In this document: positions 34,926-43,650 of the stretch, in pieces | Layout: every line of letters begins with the position of its first letter | Numbering within the stretch: the stretch's first letter is position 1 | From: Enterococcus phage AllMyExes | Length of the DNA: 64,000 bases | Sequence record: PV544171.1 | Direction: 5' to 3' (one strand) | Position numbers and translations under genes: made by a program | Notes under the pieces: model-generated | What the model was told of the DNA's origin: nothing | What the model saw: only the letters and a program-made list of their open reading frames with translations | Databases searched by the model: none

Positions 34926-35290
34926 TGACGACAAAAGCACAACATATAGCTAAAATGGCTAAAGAGATGTATGGTACAGATAAAATTACAACGGAGCAGT
35001 TAGCTTATATAACAGATATGCTGACCCCATCAACGTACCTATTGAGAAATCACTCTGTGCGTAATCACCCAATAACTTTTATTATATCAGGAAGGGATGC
35101 AACAAAAGCACAGGCACATCGACCTTGGCAACCAAAGATAATAAATGACCAACATAGGGATAAAGCAATAATAAAGAGTCGTCAGCTCGGGCTAAGTGAA
35201 ATGGGGGTTGGCTCTATGCTACAATTCGCAGATACACATAGTTATGATGCTGTTAAATGCTTGTATACATTCCCTAAACTAATTGGGGCT
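34925..35290 (+). CDS. terL: Large terminase subunit, exon 1 (N-terminal ATPase part with a deviant Walker A).
   Basis: KSRQLGLSEMG resembles the lambda-gpA-type deviant Walker A (KSARVGYS) and the T4 gp17 SRQLGKT region. The ORF ends exactly where the conserved intron sequence starts. Confidence 0.6.
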
Positions 35291-36567
35291 TAGGTCAGTA
35301 ATGACCTTTGAAAAATTCTGTTAAACGGGCAAAGCTGAAAGTACACAAAAATAACCAACCTTACTCATTTGTAAGGAGGAATAAGCTGATAAGAGAGCCT
35401 AAGTCCTTAAAGGATAGAGGTAATCCCGTGCTAAATCAAGCGTAAGCTTGTAAATGCCTAACGACTAAAATTTATAGTTTACTTGACCAAGATAGTAAGC
35501 TATAATAAGAGAACTTGCAATATAAACTCTGATATTAAAAATAAGGAGGTGAGTCATTGACTAAGAGGAAAACTAATGAAGAATACTTAAAAGAAGTAAA
35601 TGAATTAACTAAAGGAGAATACGTACCAATAACACCTTATATAAACTCCGCTACAAAATTGAAAATGGAGCATAAAGCATGTGGTACCATTTGGGAAGTT
35701 AAACCAAATAATTTTAAAACAGGGACACGATGTCCGAAGTGTGCTGAGCTAGCTAAAACAAAGACTACTGAAAAGTTTAGGGAAGAAGTAAAGAAATTAA
35801 CTAAAGGAACCTTAGAACTAAAGGGTGAATATTTTGGCTGTGATACACATACGGAAGTTCTTTGTACGAAGCATAAACTAACAATTTCAGTGAGACCTAC
35901 AAGCATAATTAGAGGTAAAAAAGTATGTCCTAAATGTAATGCAGAGTACCTTAGTACGTGTCAGAGAAAAGACCAAAAGTTATTTGAGAAACAATTAGCA
36001 CACAAACATAATGGTCGAATAATCTCGTTAGAACCATATGTAAATACACATACGAAAATAAAATTTAAATGCACAGCTTGCTGTAGTGAGTTCAAGTCTG
36101 AGCCAAACTCAGTATTGAGAATAAGTGGTTGCCCTTGGTGCAAACAGTCTAAAGGAGAGCTACTTATAGCAGACGTACTAACTAAATTAGGAATTGACTT
36201 TGAAACACAGAAAACTTTCCCAGATTGTACTTTCAAAAGAGAGTTACCATATGACTTTTATATTGAGGAGTATGGAGTGCTGATAGAGTTTGATGGTGAA
36301 CAGCACTACAGACCTATTGAGTTTTTTGGAGGAAAAACCGCATTTGAATACCAAAAAATAAGAGATAACATAAAAAACGATTTTGCTAAGAAAAATGGTT
36401 TTACCTTATTAAGAATACGAGGCAATTTGTCAGAGGATTGCGTTCGTAAAAAGATAGAAAACATATTGCAAGAAGTAAAGCAGAAACCCTATCAGATAGG
36501 GTATGATATAGTCTAGTCCGACTGCTAAGAGCAGTGTTAAAGTATAGTGAAAACTACGGTAGATTCG
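35291..36567 (+). mobile_element. Group I intron 1 in terL, about 1.28 kb, carrying a homing endonuclease ORF. Boundaries are approximate.
   Basis: It shares three near-identical blocks with the second insertion: ctgttaaacgggca; a 48-nt identical core aatcccgtgctaaatcaagcgtaagcttgtaaatgcctaacgactaaa (35422-35469); and a 3' block gatatagtctagtccgactgc.aagagcagt...cggtag.tcg ending in G. The flanking exons keep reading frame. Confidence 0.6.
35557..36516 (+). CDS. Intron-encoded putative homing endonuclease: three N-terminal CxxC zinc-ribbon repeats plus a C-terminal Vsr/DUF559-like PD-(D/E)xK nuclease domain.
   Basis: Repeats of the form T.EEF..EV..LT.GEY...GEY.....K...H..CG..W.V.P..F..G..CP.C, three copies. 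C-terminus GELLIADVLTKLGIDFETQKTFP...YDFYIEEYGVLIEFDGEQHY...GFTLLRI. Paralogous to the ORF at 37524..38462. Confidence 0.6.
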   Translation: MTKRKTNEEYLKEVNELTKGEYVPITPYINSATKLKMEHKACGTIWEVKPNNFKTGTRCPKCAELAKTKTTEKFREEVKKLTKGTLELKGEYFGCDTHTEVLCTKHKLTISVRPTSIIRGKKVCPKCNAEYLSTCQRKDQKLFEKQLAHKHNGRIISLEPYVNTHTKIKFKCTACCSEFKSEPNSVLRISGCPWCKQSKGELLIADVLTKLGIDFETQKTFPDCTFKRELPYDFYIEEYGVLIEFDGEQHYRPIEFFGGKTAFEYQKIRDNIKNDFAKKNGFTLLRIRGNLSEDCVRKKIENILQEVKQKPYQIGYDIV

Positions 36568-37272
36568 ACAAATGAGCAAATGACTAAATTTGTACAGACA
36601 AGGTTAGACCCTGTTTTACAGAATGGGTACTACAGCACAATTGTAGACCAAGAAGTTAACTCATTAAAAGCTAAAAAAATAAGAAATAGCTTTTTGTATT
36701 TTCGTTCAAGCTCAAAACCGGGCGCTGTAGAGGGTGTCGATATTGACTATCTATCTATGGACGAGTATGACCGTGTACCTGCATTAGCAGAGGCTTCTGC
36801 GTTGGAGTCCATGTCTTCCTCACCTTATAAGATAGTTAACAGATGGAGCACCCCAAGTGCCCCAGATATGGGGATACATGGGCTCTTTAAAGGGTCAGAC
36901 CAACATTGGTATTTACATAAATGTGAGAAATGTAATTATTATAACGAAATGAGTTATGATGCATATACACCAGAGGCTCCTGTAGAGAGTAGAGGTAACA
37001 TTCTTTGTGTTAACCCAAAAGGGGTCGATGTTGTTGCTAAAACAGTAGTTGACGGCTCATTCCAGTTTGTTTGTCAAAAGTGTGGAGAACCGTTAGACAG
37101 ATGGTACAACGGTGTATGGGTACCTAAATACCCTGATAGAACAAAAAATGGTCTAGGTACTAGAGGATATATGATTTCCCAAATGAACGCAGTATGGGTA
37201 ACTGCCGACCAGTTAAAGACTAAAGAACTTCAATCATTATCTAAACAAGCCTTTTATAACTATACTCTGGGT
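36568..37272 (+). CDS. terL: Large terminase subunit, exon 2 (Walker B region and linker).
   Basis: IRNSFLYF...VDIDYLSMDEYDRVP matches the T4 gp17 RGNSFAMIYIDECAFIP Walker B region. The in-frame ORF opens just after the conserved intron 3' end. Confidence 0.55.
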
Positions 37273-38557
37273 GAATAACGCCCCTTCAACTGGAAACAGT
37301 TGTCGAAAACTCTGTTAAACGGGCATAGGAAAATAACCAATATCCTGATAAGAGACCCTGCCTCCTGAAAAGGAAAGAGGGAATCCCGTGCTAAATCAAG
37401 CGTAAGCTTGTAAATGCCTAACGACTAAATTTCTAGGTAGCTAACCAAATGGGGTTAGTGAGAACTAGATAAGAACTACAAAACATTCTAAGTATGCTAT
37501 TATAATTACTGAGAGGTGATTAGATGGCAAAGAAACAAACCACTGAAACATTTACAGCTCGGGTAGCTGAACTTACTAACAATGAATATACAGTTGTTGG
37601 TGAATATGTAAATAACAAAACAAAGATAGCTATAACTCACACAACGTGTAACACCACTTACCTAGTTAAACCAAAAGGTTTTTTGGATGGTAACCGATGC
37701 CCTCATTGTAGAAATAAGCTACGAGGAGCTAAGCAAAAGACACAAGAGCAGTTCGCAGAAGAGGTTACAAACTTAACGGATAATGAATACATCGTTGTAG
37801 GAGAGTATACAGGAGCTACTAACAAAGTAGCAATCCAACATAGAATATGTGGTAACTCATGGAGAGTTTCTCCGAATAGTTTTTTATCCCGAGGAACACG
37901 ATGCCCTACGTGCGTAAGGAATACGACAGCACAGGAGCAGAGGTACTCTACAGAGCAGTTTATCAAAAAATTAGAGGAACGCTTTCCGAAAGAATACACA
38001 TTATTATCTGAGTACATGGGTAGCAAGAAAAAAGTTTTGGTACGTCACAACCGCTGTGGTAATGAGTGGGAAATCAAAGCAAGTCATTTGCTACACCATA
38101 ATATGTGTCCTAGGTGTAAGTCATCGAGAGGTGAAGCATTGATTCGGAAGTATCTAACAAATATAGGTTTGGAATTTACAGAACAGCAAACCTTTCCTAA
38201 TTTAGAACTTAAAAAACCATTATCCTATGACTTTTATATACCTAGTCAGCAGTTGCTGATTGAATATCAAGGTATACAACACTATGAACCAATAGCTCAC
38301 TTCGGTGGAGCTGAACGGTTTAAACTTCAACAGGAAAGCGATAAAAGAAAACGAAAATACGCAAGTGAGCATGGGTTGCTATTAGTGGAAGTACCTTACT
38401 CACTCGATACAATAGAAAAGGTATCGGCATACTTAGAAAAGGAAATCAAATTTGTAGTGTAAAGCAGAGCAACCTAAACCAAAAAGTAGGTTGATGATAT
38501 AGTCTAGTCCGACTGCCAAGAGCAGTAACAAAATACTACGAAAGTAGCGGTAGCTCG
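37273..38557 (+). mobile_element. Group I intron 2 in terL, about 1.29 kb, carrying a homing endonuclease ORF. Boundaries are approximate.
   Basis: Same conserved 5', core (37382-37429) and 3' (38496-38557) blocks as intron 1. Confidence 0.6.
37524..38462 (+). CDS. Intron-encoded putative homing endonuclease, paralog of the ORF at 35557..36516.
   Basis: Same tri-repeat zinc-ribbon plus DUF559/Vsr-like architecture (GEALIRKYLTNIGLEFTEQQTFP...YDFYIPSQQLLIEYQGIQHY...GLLLVEV). Confidence 0.6.
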   Translation: MAKKQTTETFTARVAELTNNEYTVVGEYVNNKTKIAITHTTCNTTYLVKPKGFLDGNRCPHCRNKLRGAKQKTQEQFAEEVTNLTDNEYIVVGEYTGATNKVAIQHRICGNSWRVSPNSFLSRGTRCPTCVRNTTAQEQRYSTEQFIKKLEERFPKEYTLLSEYMGSKKKVLVRHNRCGNEWEIKASHLLHHNMCPRCKSSRGEALIRKYLTNIGLEFTEQQTFPNLELKKPLSYDFYIPSQQLLIEYQGIQHYEPIAHFGGAERFKLQQESDKRKRKYASEHGLLLVEVPYSLDTIEKVSAYLEKEIKFVV

Positions 38558-39337
38558 TATCCTTACGCAGACTTGAAATTAACTGTTAACGACTCTGACG
38601 TTGATAGCCATAAGAGAAACTATTTAGTAGAACCTGCTAAAGACAGAGGTGACTATAAATTTATATCTGTTGGTATTGACTGGGGTAACAGACATTGGGT
38701 ATCTATACATGGTGTTAAAACAAATGGTACGGTAGATTTGATAAAACTTTTTTCTGTGGGTAAGTCCAACCCGCTAGACCCTAATGCAATAGATGTAGAC
38801 ATACAGTCTATAAAATTACAGCTAGCTCCTTACAATCCAGATATAATCGTAGCTGACGTAGGGGACTCAGGGGATAAAGTTGCTAAACTTATGCAAATTT
38901 ATGGAAAAGAACGAGTTTTTGGGTGTGTCTACCCATCAACCCCTAAATCTACTGGTAACCTAGTACCTACTTGGAGCCCACAAGCAAATAAAGTATCCGC
39001 TGACAAGTTAATGCAGAATAAACGTTACATTAACAAGATGAAAGAAGGAGAAATAGGTTACTACTCAAAACCAGATACAGAGCTTAATTTATATAAAGAG
39101 CACTGGAAGAATGTTGTTATACGTGATATTGAGGACGAAAAGACATCGACAGGTTTTAGACAAATTATCGGCAGAAAAGGTGATGACCACTACTCACAAG
39201 CAAGCGTTTATTCCATGTTAGGGTATGAGTACCTAATGAATGTATTTACAGGAGTAAAAGAGTATGGATTTGACTCTGATTGGGTGTCAACTCAATTAGC
39301 ACCTACGAAACCTGATATATTTACAGAATTTGTATAG
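38558..39337 (+). CDS. terL: Large terminase subunit, exon 3 (RNase-H-like nuclease domain).
   Basis: YKFISVGIDWGNRHWVSIHGV resembles the T4 gp17 [21 protein letters not shown] nuclease motif I, with downstream acidic motifs. Confidence 0.55.
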   Translation, partial: YPYADLKLTVNDSDVDSHKRNYLVEPAKDRGDYKFISVGIDWGNRHWVSIHGVKTNGTVDLIKLFSVGKSNPLDPNAIDVDIQSIKLQLAPYNPDIIVADVGDSGDKVAKLMQIYGKERVFGCVYPSTPKSTGNLVPTWSPQANKVSADKLMQNKRYINKMKEGEIGYYSKPDTELNLYKEHWKNVVIRDIEDEKTSTGFRQIIGRKGDDHYSQASVYSMLGYEYLMNVFTGVKEYGFDSDWVSTQLAPTKPDIFTEFV

Positions 39338-39403
39338 GTAGATTGCCTTATTTAGTTTTAGTCAAGCTGAATAAGGCATTTTGTATTGTTTGATATATAT
39401 TTT

Positions 39404-39414
39404 TGTGGTATAAT
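39404..39414 (+). promoter_or_regulatory. Extended -10 promoter element TGTGGTATAAT.
   Basis: Lies 22 bp upstream of the start at 39437; the motif recurs at 43257 and 55145. Confidence 0.45.
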
Positions 39415-39436
39415 AAATATAGTTAGGGGGATAGTT

Positions 39437-40225
39437 ATGGTAGACAACAATGTAAAAATAAGTAAAAGTACAATTGAAGGACTAATAAATAAGTCTTTAA
39501 GTTATGAGTACGTTATAAAAAATAACGAATTGCTGACAAACGAATATCAACATATTGTAAAAGCGTATGGGTTTGATAATTTTTATGACATGTATCTATA
39601 TGCAGATAGCTGTGATTCTAAAGATATGTATTTAGTAAAAGGTGGTCAAAAAGACTTGTCTAAGCTGAAACCCGTTAAAAGAAAAGTTGTTAGAAATGGT
39701 AAAACTATGACTACAACTATTTATGAAGATACAGGCAGTTCAGACAGTAATAACAGTAACCCTTTAGACAAAGAGAGTAAAAAGAAAAAAGAGTTAGAAC
39801 CAGTTAATGCTAAGGAACTACGTAAGGTCAGCTTAGGTAGTGATGAAGAAGAGAAGTTAGACCCTAAAAAGATAGCAAAATTGCTAGCAGACACTAAAAA
39901 ATTTGGAAATAATTTTGATACGCAGTGTACTGATTATCTTATTCTTGAACAAGACTCTGTTACACGAGGAGTGGTAGGGTTTACTAGAGAAGGTTCTTAT
40001 TTAAAAATGTCTTTCTCAATGTCAGATGAGGCTGTTGAAGGTATGAAGATGTTAGCTTTTTCACAGCTCACATTAAAGGCTTGGAAATTGGGTCTAGGGG
40101 CTAAGATAAGCACAGATAATGCACCTGATGTAGAGGAACTAATTAGCTTATATGGATACAAAAGAAATAATACAGAGTATATTGTGTCAATGAGCTCACT
40201 GCGTAGTCTTCTAGGGGAGCCTTAG
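39437..40225 (+). CDS. Hypothetical protein; start placed at MVDNNVKI, which has a GGGGGATAG RBS.
   Basis: 262-aa ORF. Confidence 0.5.
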   Translation: MVDNNVKISKSTIEGLINKSLSYEYVIKNNELLTNEYQHIVKAYGFDNFYDMYLYADSCDSKDMYLVKGGQKDLSKLKPVKRKVVRNGKTMTTTIYEDTGSSDSNNSNPLDKESKKKKELEPVNAKELRKVSLGSDEEEKLDPKKIAKLLADTKKFGNNFDTQCTDYLILEQDSVTRGVVGFTREGSYLKMSFSMSDEAVEGMKMLAFSQLTLKAWKLGLGAKISTDNAPDVEELISLYGYKRNNTEYIVSMSSLRSLLGEP

Positions 40226-40413
40226 TCATAAGTGCTACGTTAGTCATTATACTAGTATTTTCAACTATTATTTTTTTAATTTTTAATTTACTAGTAAGTA
40301 AGGTAGTTAAAGAATTTTATAACTTAAAGATGCTAGCAAAAGAGGGACTAACAGATAAAGTAACAGATATAACAAATGATATAATGCATATATTGAAAGG
40401 AGAAATAAATAAT

Positions 40414-41046
40414 ATGGAATTAATTATGAATAATAAGAAACTAGATGAATTAACTAATAAGGTAGCTACTGATGAGGACTACGATATTTTTGTAGAGAAG
40501 ATGGGTAAGCTAGTTAAAGATTTGTATGAGAACTACCAGTTTTTACAACAAAACCCACCAGAAGGAGACTACACATCAGGTTATTTTTTAGGGTTCCAAG
40601 TAATCAGAGCAGAATACCCAGTTGAGTATGAGAATTTATTTAGATTAGCTGTAGATAAAAATTTAAATGAACTAGAGATAAACAAGAGATTTGTCGAAGC
40701 TGTTAAGGATGGTAAAGTTTTACCACTAGGTGAGGCTATCATTGATGAATTACAAACAGGGTGTAGCTCTATACTACAGGCACAAGAAGTACGTGTAAAT
40801 ATTGTATTTGGTACAAAAGAATATATGGCTAAGCAAGAAGAAGAGCGTAAAGAACGTCAAGCTAAGTTAGAAGAAGAACGAGAAAGAGCTATGGAAGTAC
40901 TAAAAACAAAAGATGACGTGCTTAACACATTAAGAGTAACTGAGGCTTTGGCTAATGAATTAACAGATGAAGTCGCAGAAAAATATGATTTAATGGAGCT
41001 AGTTAACAGTATGAGAGAGGGGCTGAAAGCTCATAATGGAAATTAA
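40414..41046 (+). CDS. Hypothetical protein; start placed at MELIMNNKK with a GAAAGGAGAAA RBS. An alternative upstream ATG lies at 40330.
   Basis: ORF with K/E-rich coiled coil. Confidence 0.5.
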   Translation: MELIMNNKKLDELTNKVATDEDYDIFVEKMGKLVKDLYENYQFLQQNPPEGDYTSGYFLGFQVIRAEYPVEYENLFRLAVDKNLNELEINKRFVEAVKDGKVLPLGEAIIDELQTGCSSILQAQEVRVNIVFGTKEYMAKQEEERKERQAKLEEERERAMEVLKTKDDVLNTLRVTEALANELTDEVAEKYDLMELVNSMREGLKAHNGN

Positions 41047-41380
41047 AAATTCTTTGGGGAAAGCTCTTATAAAAAATTTAAGATTGCTTAAAGAAAAAAG
41101 AGATGCAATGCCCGATAACTTAGAATATACAAGTCAAGTTATGATTCCTGTGCCCTACTATCTAATAAAAAAAGGGGATAATGCAGTAGAATCATTCCTT
41201 ATGTGTGCGGGGATGATAAATAGGGATAAAGATTTAGGTCTGCCTATTTCTTTAGAGAAAGGTAAGCAACAAGTTAAGCTTAACAATGGAGAACTGACAA
41301 CTATTGTAGAATGTGTTGCTACTTACTCAGATAAAACTGATATTGACGGTGTAGAGAGATTCTTAGTTGAACATCTATAA
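41036..41380 (+). CDS. Hypothetical protein.
   Basis: 114-aa ORF overlapping the upstream gene. Confidence 0.5.
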   Translation: MEIKNSLGKALIKNLRLLKEKRDAMPDNLEYTSQVMIPVPYYLIKKGDNAVESFLMCAGMINRDKDLGLPISLEKGKQQVKLNNGELTTIVECVATYSDKTDIDGVERFLVEHL

Positions 41381-41390
41381 AAATTAAATT

Positions 41391-41449
41391 AACGAGTTCT
41401 ATTTTGTGCTATATTAGATATGCATGAAATAGAACTCGTTTCTTTTTTA
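41391..41449 (+). terminator. Terminator-like hairpin whose loop carries a late-promoter motif.
   Basis: 14-bp stem aacgagttctattt / aaatagaactcgtt; the loop contains tgtgctatattagatatgc; followed by tcttttttat. Confidence 0.5.
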
Positions 41450-41473
41450 TGACTAACTAAGGAGGTTTAATAG

Positions 41474-42343
41474 ATGGCAGGAGAAGTATTTAGTAGCTTG
41501 ATTACAAGTGTAAATCCTAACCCAATGAACGCAGGTAGCCGTAATGGTATCTCTATTGACCGTATTATTCTACATCATAATGCAACAACAAATAAAGATG
41601 TTGCTATGAACACGTGGCTATTAGGTGGTGGTGCAGGTACGTCTGCGCACTATGAAGTCACACCAACAGAAATTATAGGGTGTGTTGGTGAGCAGTATTC
41701 AGCATTCCATGCCGGAGGCACAGGTGGTATAGATGTCCCTAAGATTGCTAACCCTAACCAACGCTCAATCGGTATCGAAAATGTAAACTCGTCAGGAGCA
41801 CCTAACTGGGATGTAGACCCTAGAACAATTACAAATTGTGCCCGTTTAGTGGCAGATATTTGTAAACGTTATGGTATTCCATGTGACCGACAACACGTGT
41901 TAGGACATAACGAAGTAACTGCAACAGCATGTCCCGGAGGTATGGATGTAGACGAAGTTGTACGTCAAGCTCAACAATTTATGGTAGGGGGCTCTAACAA
42001 CGCAGTTAAACCAGAGCCAAGTAAACCTACACCAAGCAAACCAAGTAACAATAAAAATAAAGAAGGAGTGGCAACTATGTATTGTTTATACGAAAGACCT
42101 ATTAACTCAAAAACAGGAGTGTTAGAGTGGAATGGTGATGCATGGACAGTTATGTTTTGTAATGGAGTAAATTGTCGTAGAGTATCCCACCCAGATGAAA
42201 TGAAAGTAATTGAGGATATTTACAGAAAAAACAACGGAAAAGACATCCCGTTCTACAGCCAAAAAGAGTGGAATAAAAATGCACCATGGTATAACAGATT
42301 AGAGACAGTATGTCCAGTAATAGGTATTACTAAAAAATCTTAA
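41474..42343 (+). CDS. N-acetylmuramoyl-L-alanine amidase (Amidase_2/PGRP fold) with a C-terminal domain; probable endolysin.
   Basis: IILHHNATT, SAHYEV and GHNEVTATACPG zinc-binding and catalytic motifs; Cys/Trp-rich C-terminal domain. Confidence 0.75.
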   Translation: MAGEVFSSLITSVNPNPMNAGSRNGISIDRIILHHNATTNKDVAMNTWLLGGGAGTSAHYEVTPTEIIGCVGEQYSAFHAGGTGGIDVPKIANPNQRSIGIENVNSSGAPNWDVDPRTITNCARLVADICKRYGIPCDRQHVLGHNEVTATACPGGMDVDEVVRQAQQFMVGGSNNAVKPEPSKPTPSKPSNNKNKEGVATMYCLYERPINSKTGVLEWNGDAWTVMFCNGVNCRRVSHPDEMKVIEDIYRKNNGKDIPFYSQKEWNKNAPWYNRLETVCPVIGITKKS

Positions 42344-42353
42344 TACTAGATTT

Positions 42354-42380
42354 AAGACCATCTTAGGGTGGTCTTTTTTC
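42354..42380 (+). terminator. Rho-independent terminator.
   Basis: agaccatc-ttag-ggtggtct followed by tttttc. Confidence 0.55.
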
Positions 42381-42451
42381 TTTCTTTGTAATATTCGTAA
42401 TAATATGTAATGGCTATGTAACCGCTTGTTATTTTGGCTGTAACAATTACA

Positions 42452-42461
42452 TGTTATATTA
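42452..42461 (+). promoter_or_regulatory. Late-promoter motif variant TGTTATATTA.
   Basis: About 50 bp upstream of the gene at 42510. Confidence 0.4.
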
Positions 42462-42509
42462 GTTCTTGTAAGCAACACAAATAAAGAAAACATTGAGGAG
42501 AATTTTATT

Positions 42510-43148
42510 TTGAAGAAAACTAGTATTTTAGGTTTAAGTTTATTAAGTTTAGGTTTAGTAGTAGGTTTAGGAACCGAAGCTAAGGCAGAAGAAGTAACAG
42601 AGAATGGTAAGACATATTGGAAGGTAGAGTCAGGAGACACACTATCAGAAATTGGAGCTAAGTACAACTTAGATTTCACTAATATCCACAAAGTTAATAA
42701 AGGTGTTGTAGCTGACCCTAATGTTATTTTCGTAGGTGACAAATTGTTATTACCTTTAGATGAAAATGGCAAGCTAGTGGAACAAGTGAATACCACTGAA
42801 CCAGATATTGAAGTACAATATAACGAACCAGTAACACCTGAACAACCTGTAGTTGTAGAACAAGAAGTTGTAGAGCAACCTGTAGTTGTAGCAGAAGCCC
42901 CTGCCCCTGTAGTAGAGGTACCTGCTGACAGTAGCTCAGCAAAAGAGTGGATTGCACAACGTGAATCTAGTGGTTCTTATGATGCAACAAATGGTCAGTA
43001 TATTGGTCGTTACCAACTATCTGCCTCTTATTTAAATGGTGACTATTCACCTGCCAACCAAGAACGAGTAGCTGATGAGTATGTAGCAGGTCGCTATGGC
43101 TCATGGGAGAACGCAAAATCTTTCTGGTTAGCAAATGGTTGGTACTAA
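42510..43148 (+). CDS. Secreted LysM-domain protein with a C-terminal lysozyme-like (Rpf/transglycosylase-like) domain.
   Basis: Signal peptide MKKTSILGLSLLSLGLVVGLGTEAKA; LysM (YWKVESGDTLSEIGAKYN...GDKLLLP); Pro/Val/Glu linker; C-terminus WIAQRESSGSYDATNGQYIGRYQL...ANGW. Confidence 0.55.
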   Translation: MKKTSILGLSLLSLGLVVGLGTEAKAEEVTENGKTYWKVESGDTLSEIGAKYNLDFTNIHKVNKGVVADPNVIFVGDKLLLPLDENGKLVEQVNTTEPDIEVQYNEPVTPEQPVVVEQEVVEQPVVVAEAPAPVVEVPADSSSAKEWIAQRESSGSYDATNGQYIGRYQLSASYLNGDYSPANQERVADEYVAGRYGSWENAKSFWLANGWY

Positions 43149-43163
43149 AATTAAATAGCAATA

Positions 43164-43196
43164 AAGACCTCTTTATTAAGGGGTCTTTTTTTTTAT
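43164..43196 (+). terminator. Rho-independent terminator.
   Basis: aagacctc...ggggtctt followed by tttttttt. Confidence 0.6.
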
Positions 43197-43205
43197 GCTA
43201 TATTA
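43196..43205 (+). promoter_or_regulatory. Late-promoter motif TGCTATATTA.
   Basis: Consensus copy; a second element TGTGGTATAAT lies at 43257-43267. Confidence 0.45.
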
Positions 43206-43291
43206 ATATATAGTAAATAGTAATATAAAATGGTTATGATTAGTTATGTGGTATAATAGACTTATGTTAAAACCATTTAAGGAGGGGAAAC

Positions 43292-43636
43292 ATGGGTTAT
43301 ATTCAAGATGAGACATGGCAGATGGTTAAAAAAGTTGCTAAAAAGAATGGGTTTGTTGGTGACTGGATTTTAATTATCCACTCATACTATGAGTATGGTG
43401 GAAATCACGTCCAGATACATACAACAATAAACGGAGAAAGCTATAGAATTTTAAGATTGTTAGATAGCAGAGAGATACTTTTATTAGATAGAAAAGGTAA
43501 CCCTGTAATTTATGACTATGAAACAGTTAACGATGGTCAAAAAAGCTTCTTTTATAATGATATGGAAGAGAAAGAAATCGAAATACCTAATGGAAGATGC
43601 TTAAACGATAAGACAAGGATAAAAATTTATGTATAA
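43292..43636 (+). CDS. Hypothetical protein.
   Basis: GGAGGGG RBS. Confidence 0.5.
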   Translation: MGYIQDETWQMVKKVAKKNGFVGDWILIIHSYYEYGGNHVQIHTTINGESYRILRLLDSREILLLDRKGNPVIYDYETVNDGQKSFFYNDMEEKEIEIPNGRCLNDKTRIKIYV

Positions 43637-43650
43637 GGTAGGTGTAACAG

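Noticed and set aside
42299-43161. Minus-strand ORFs 42299..42796, 42724..42957 and 42967..43161.
   Set aside because: They overlap the well-supported plus-strand LysM gene and terminators, have no RBS, and are antisense to a late operon.
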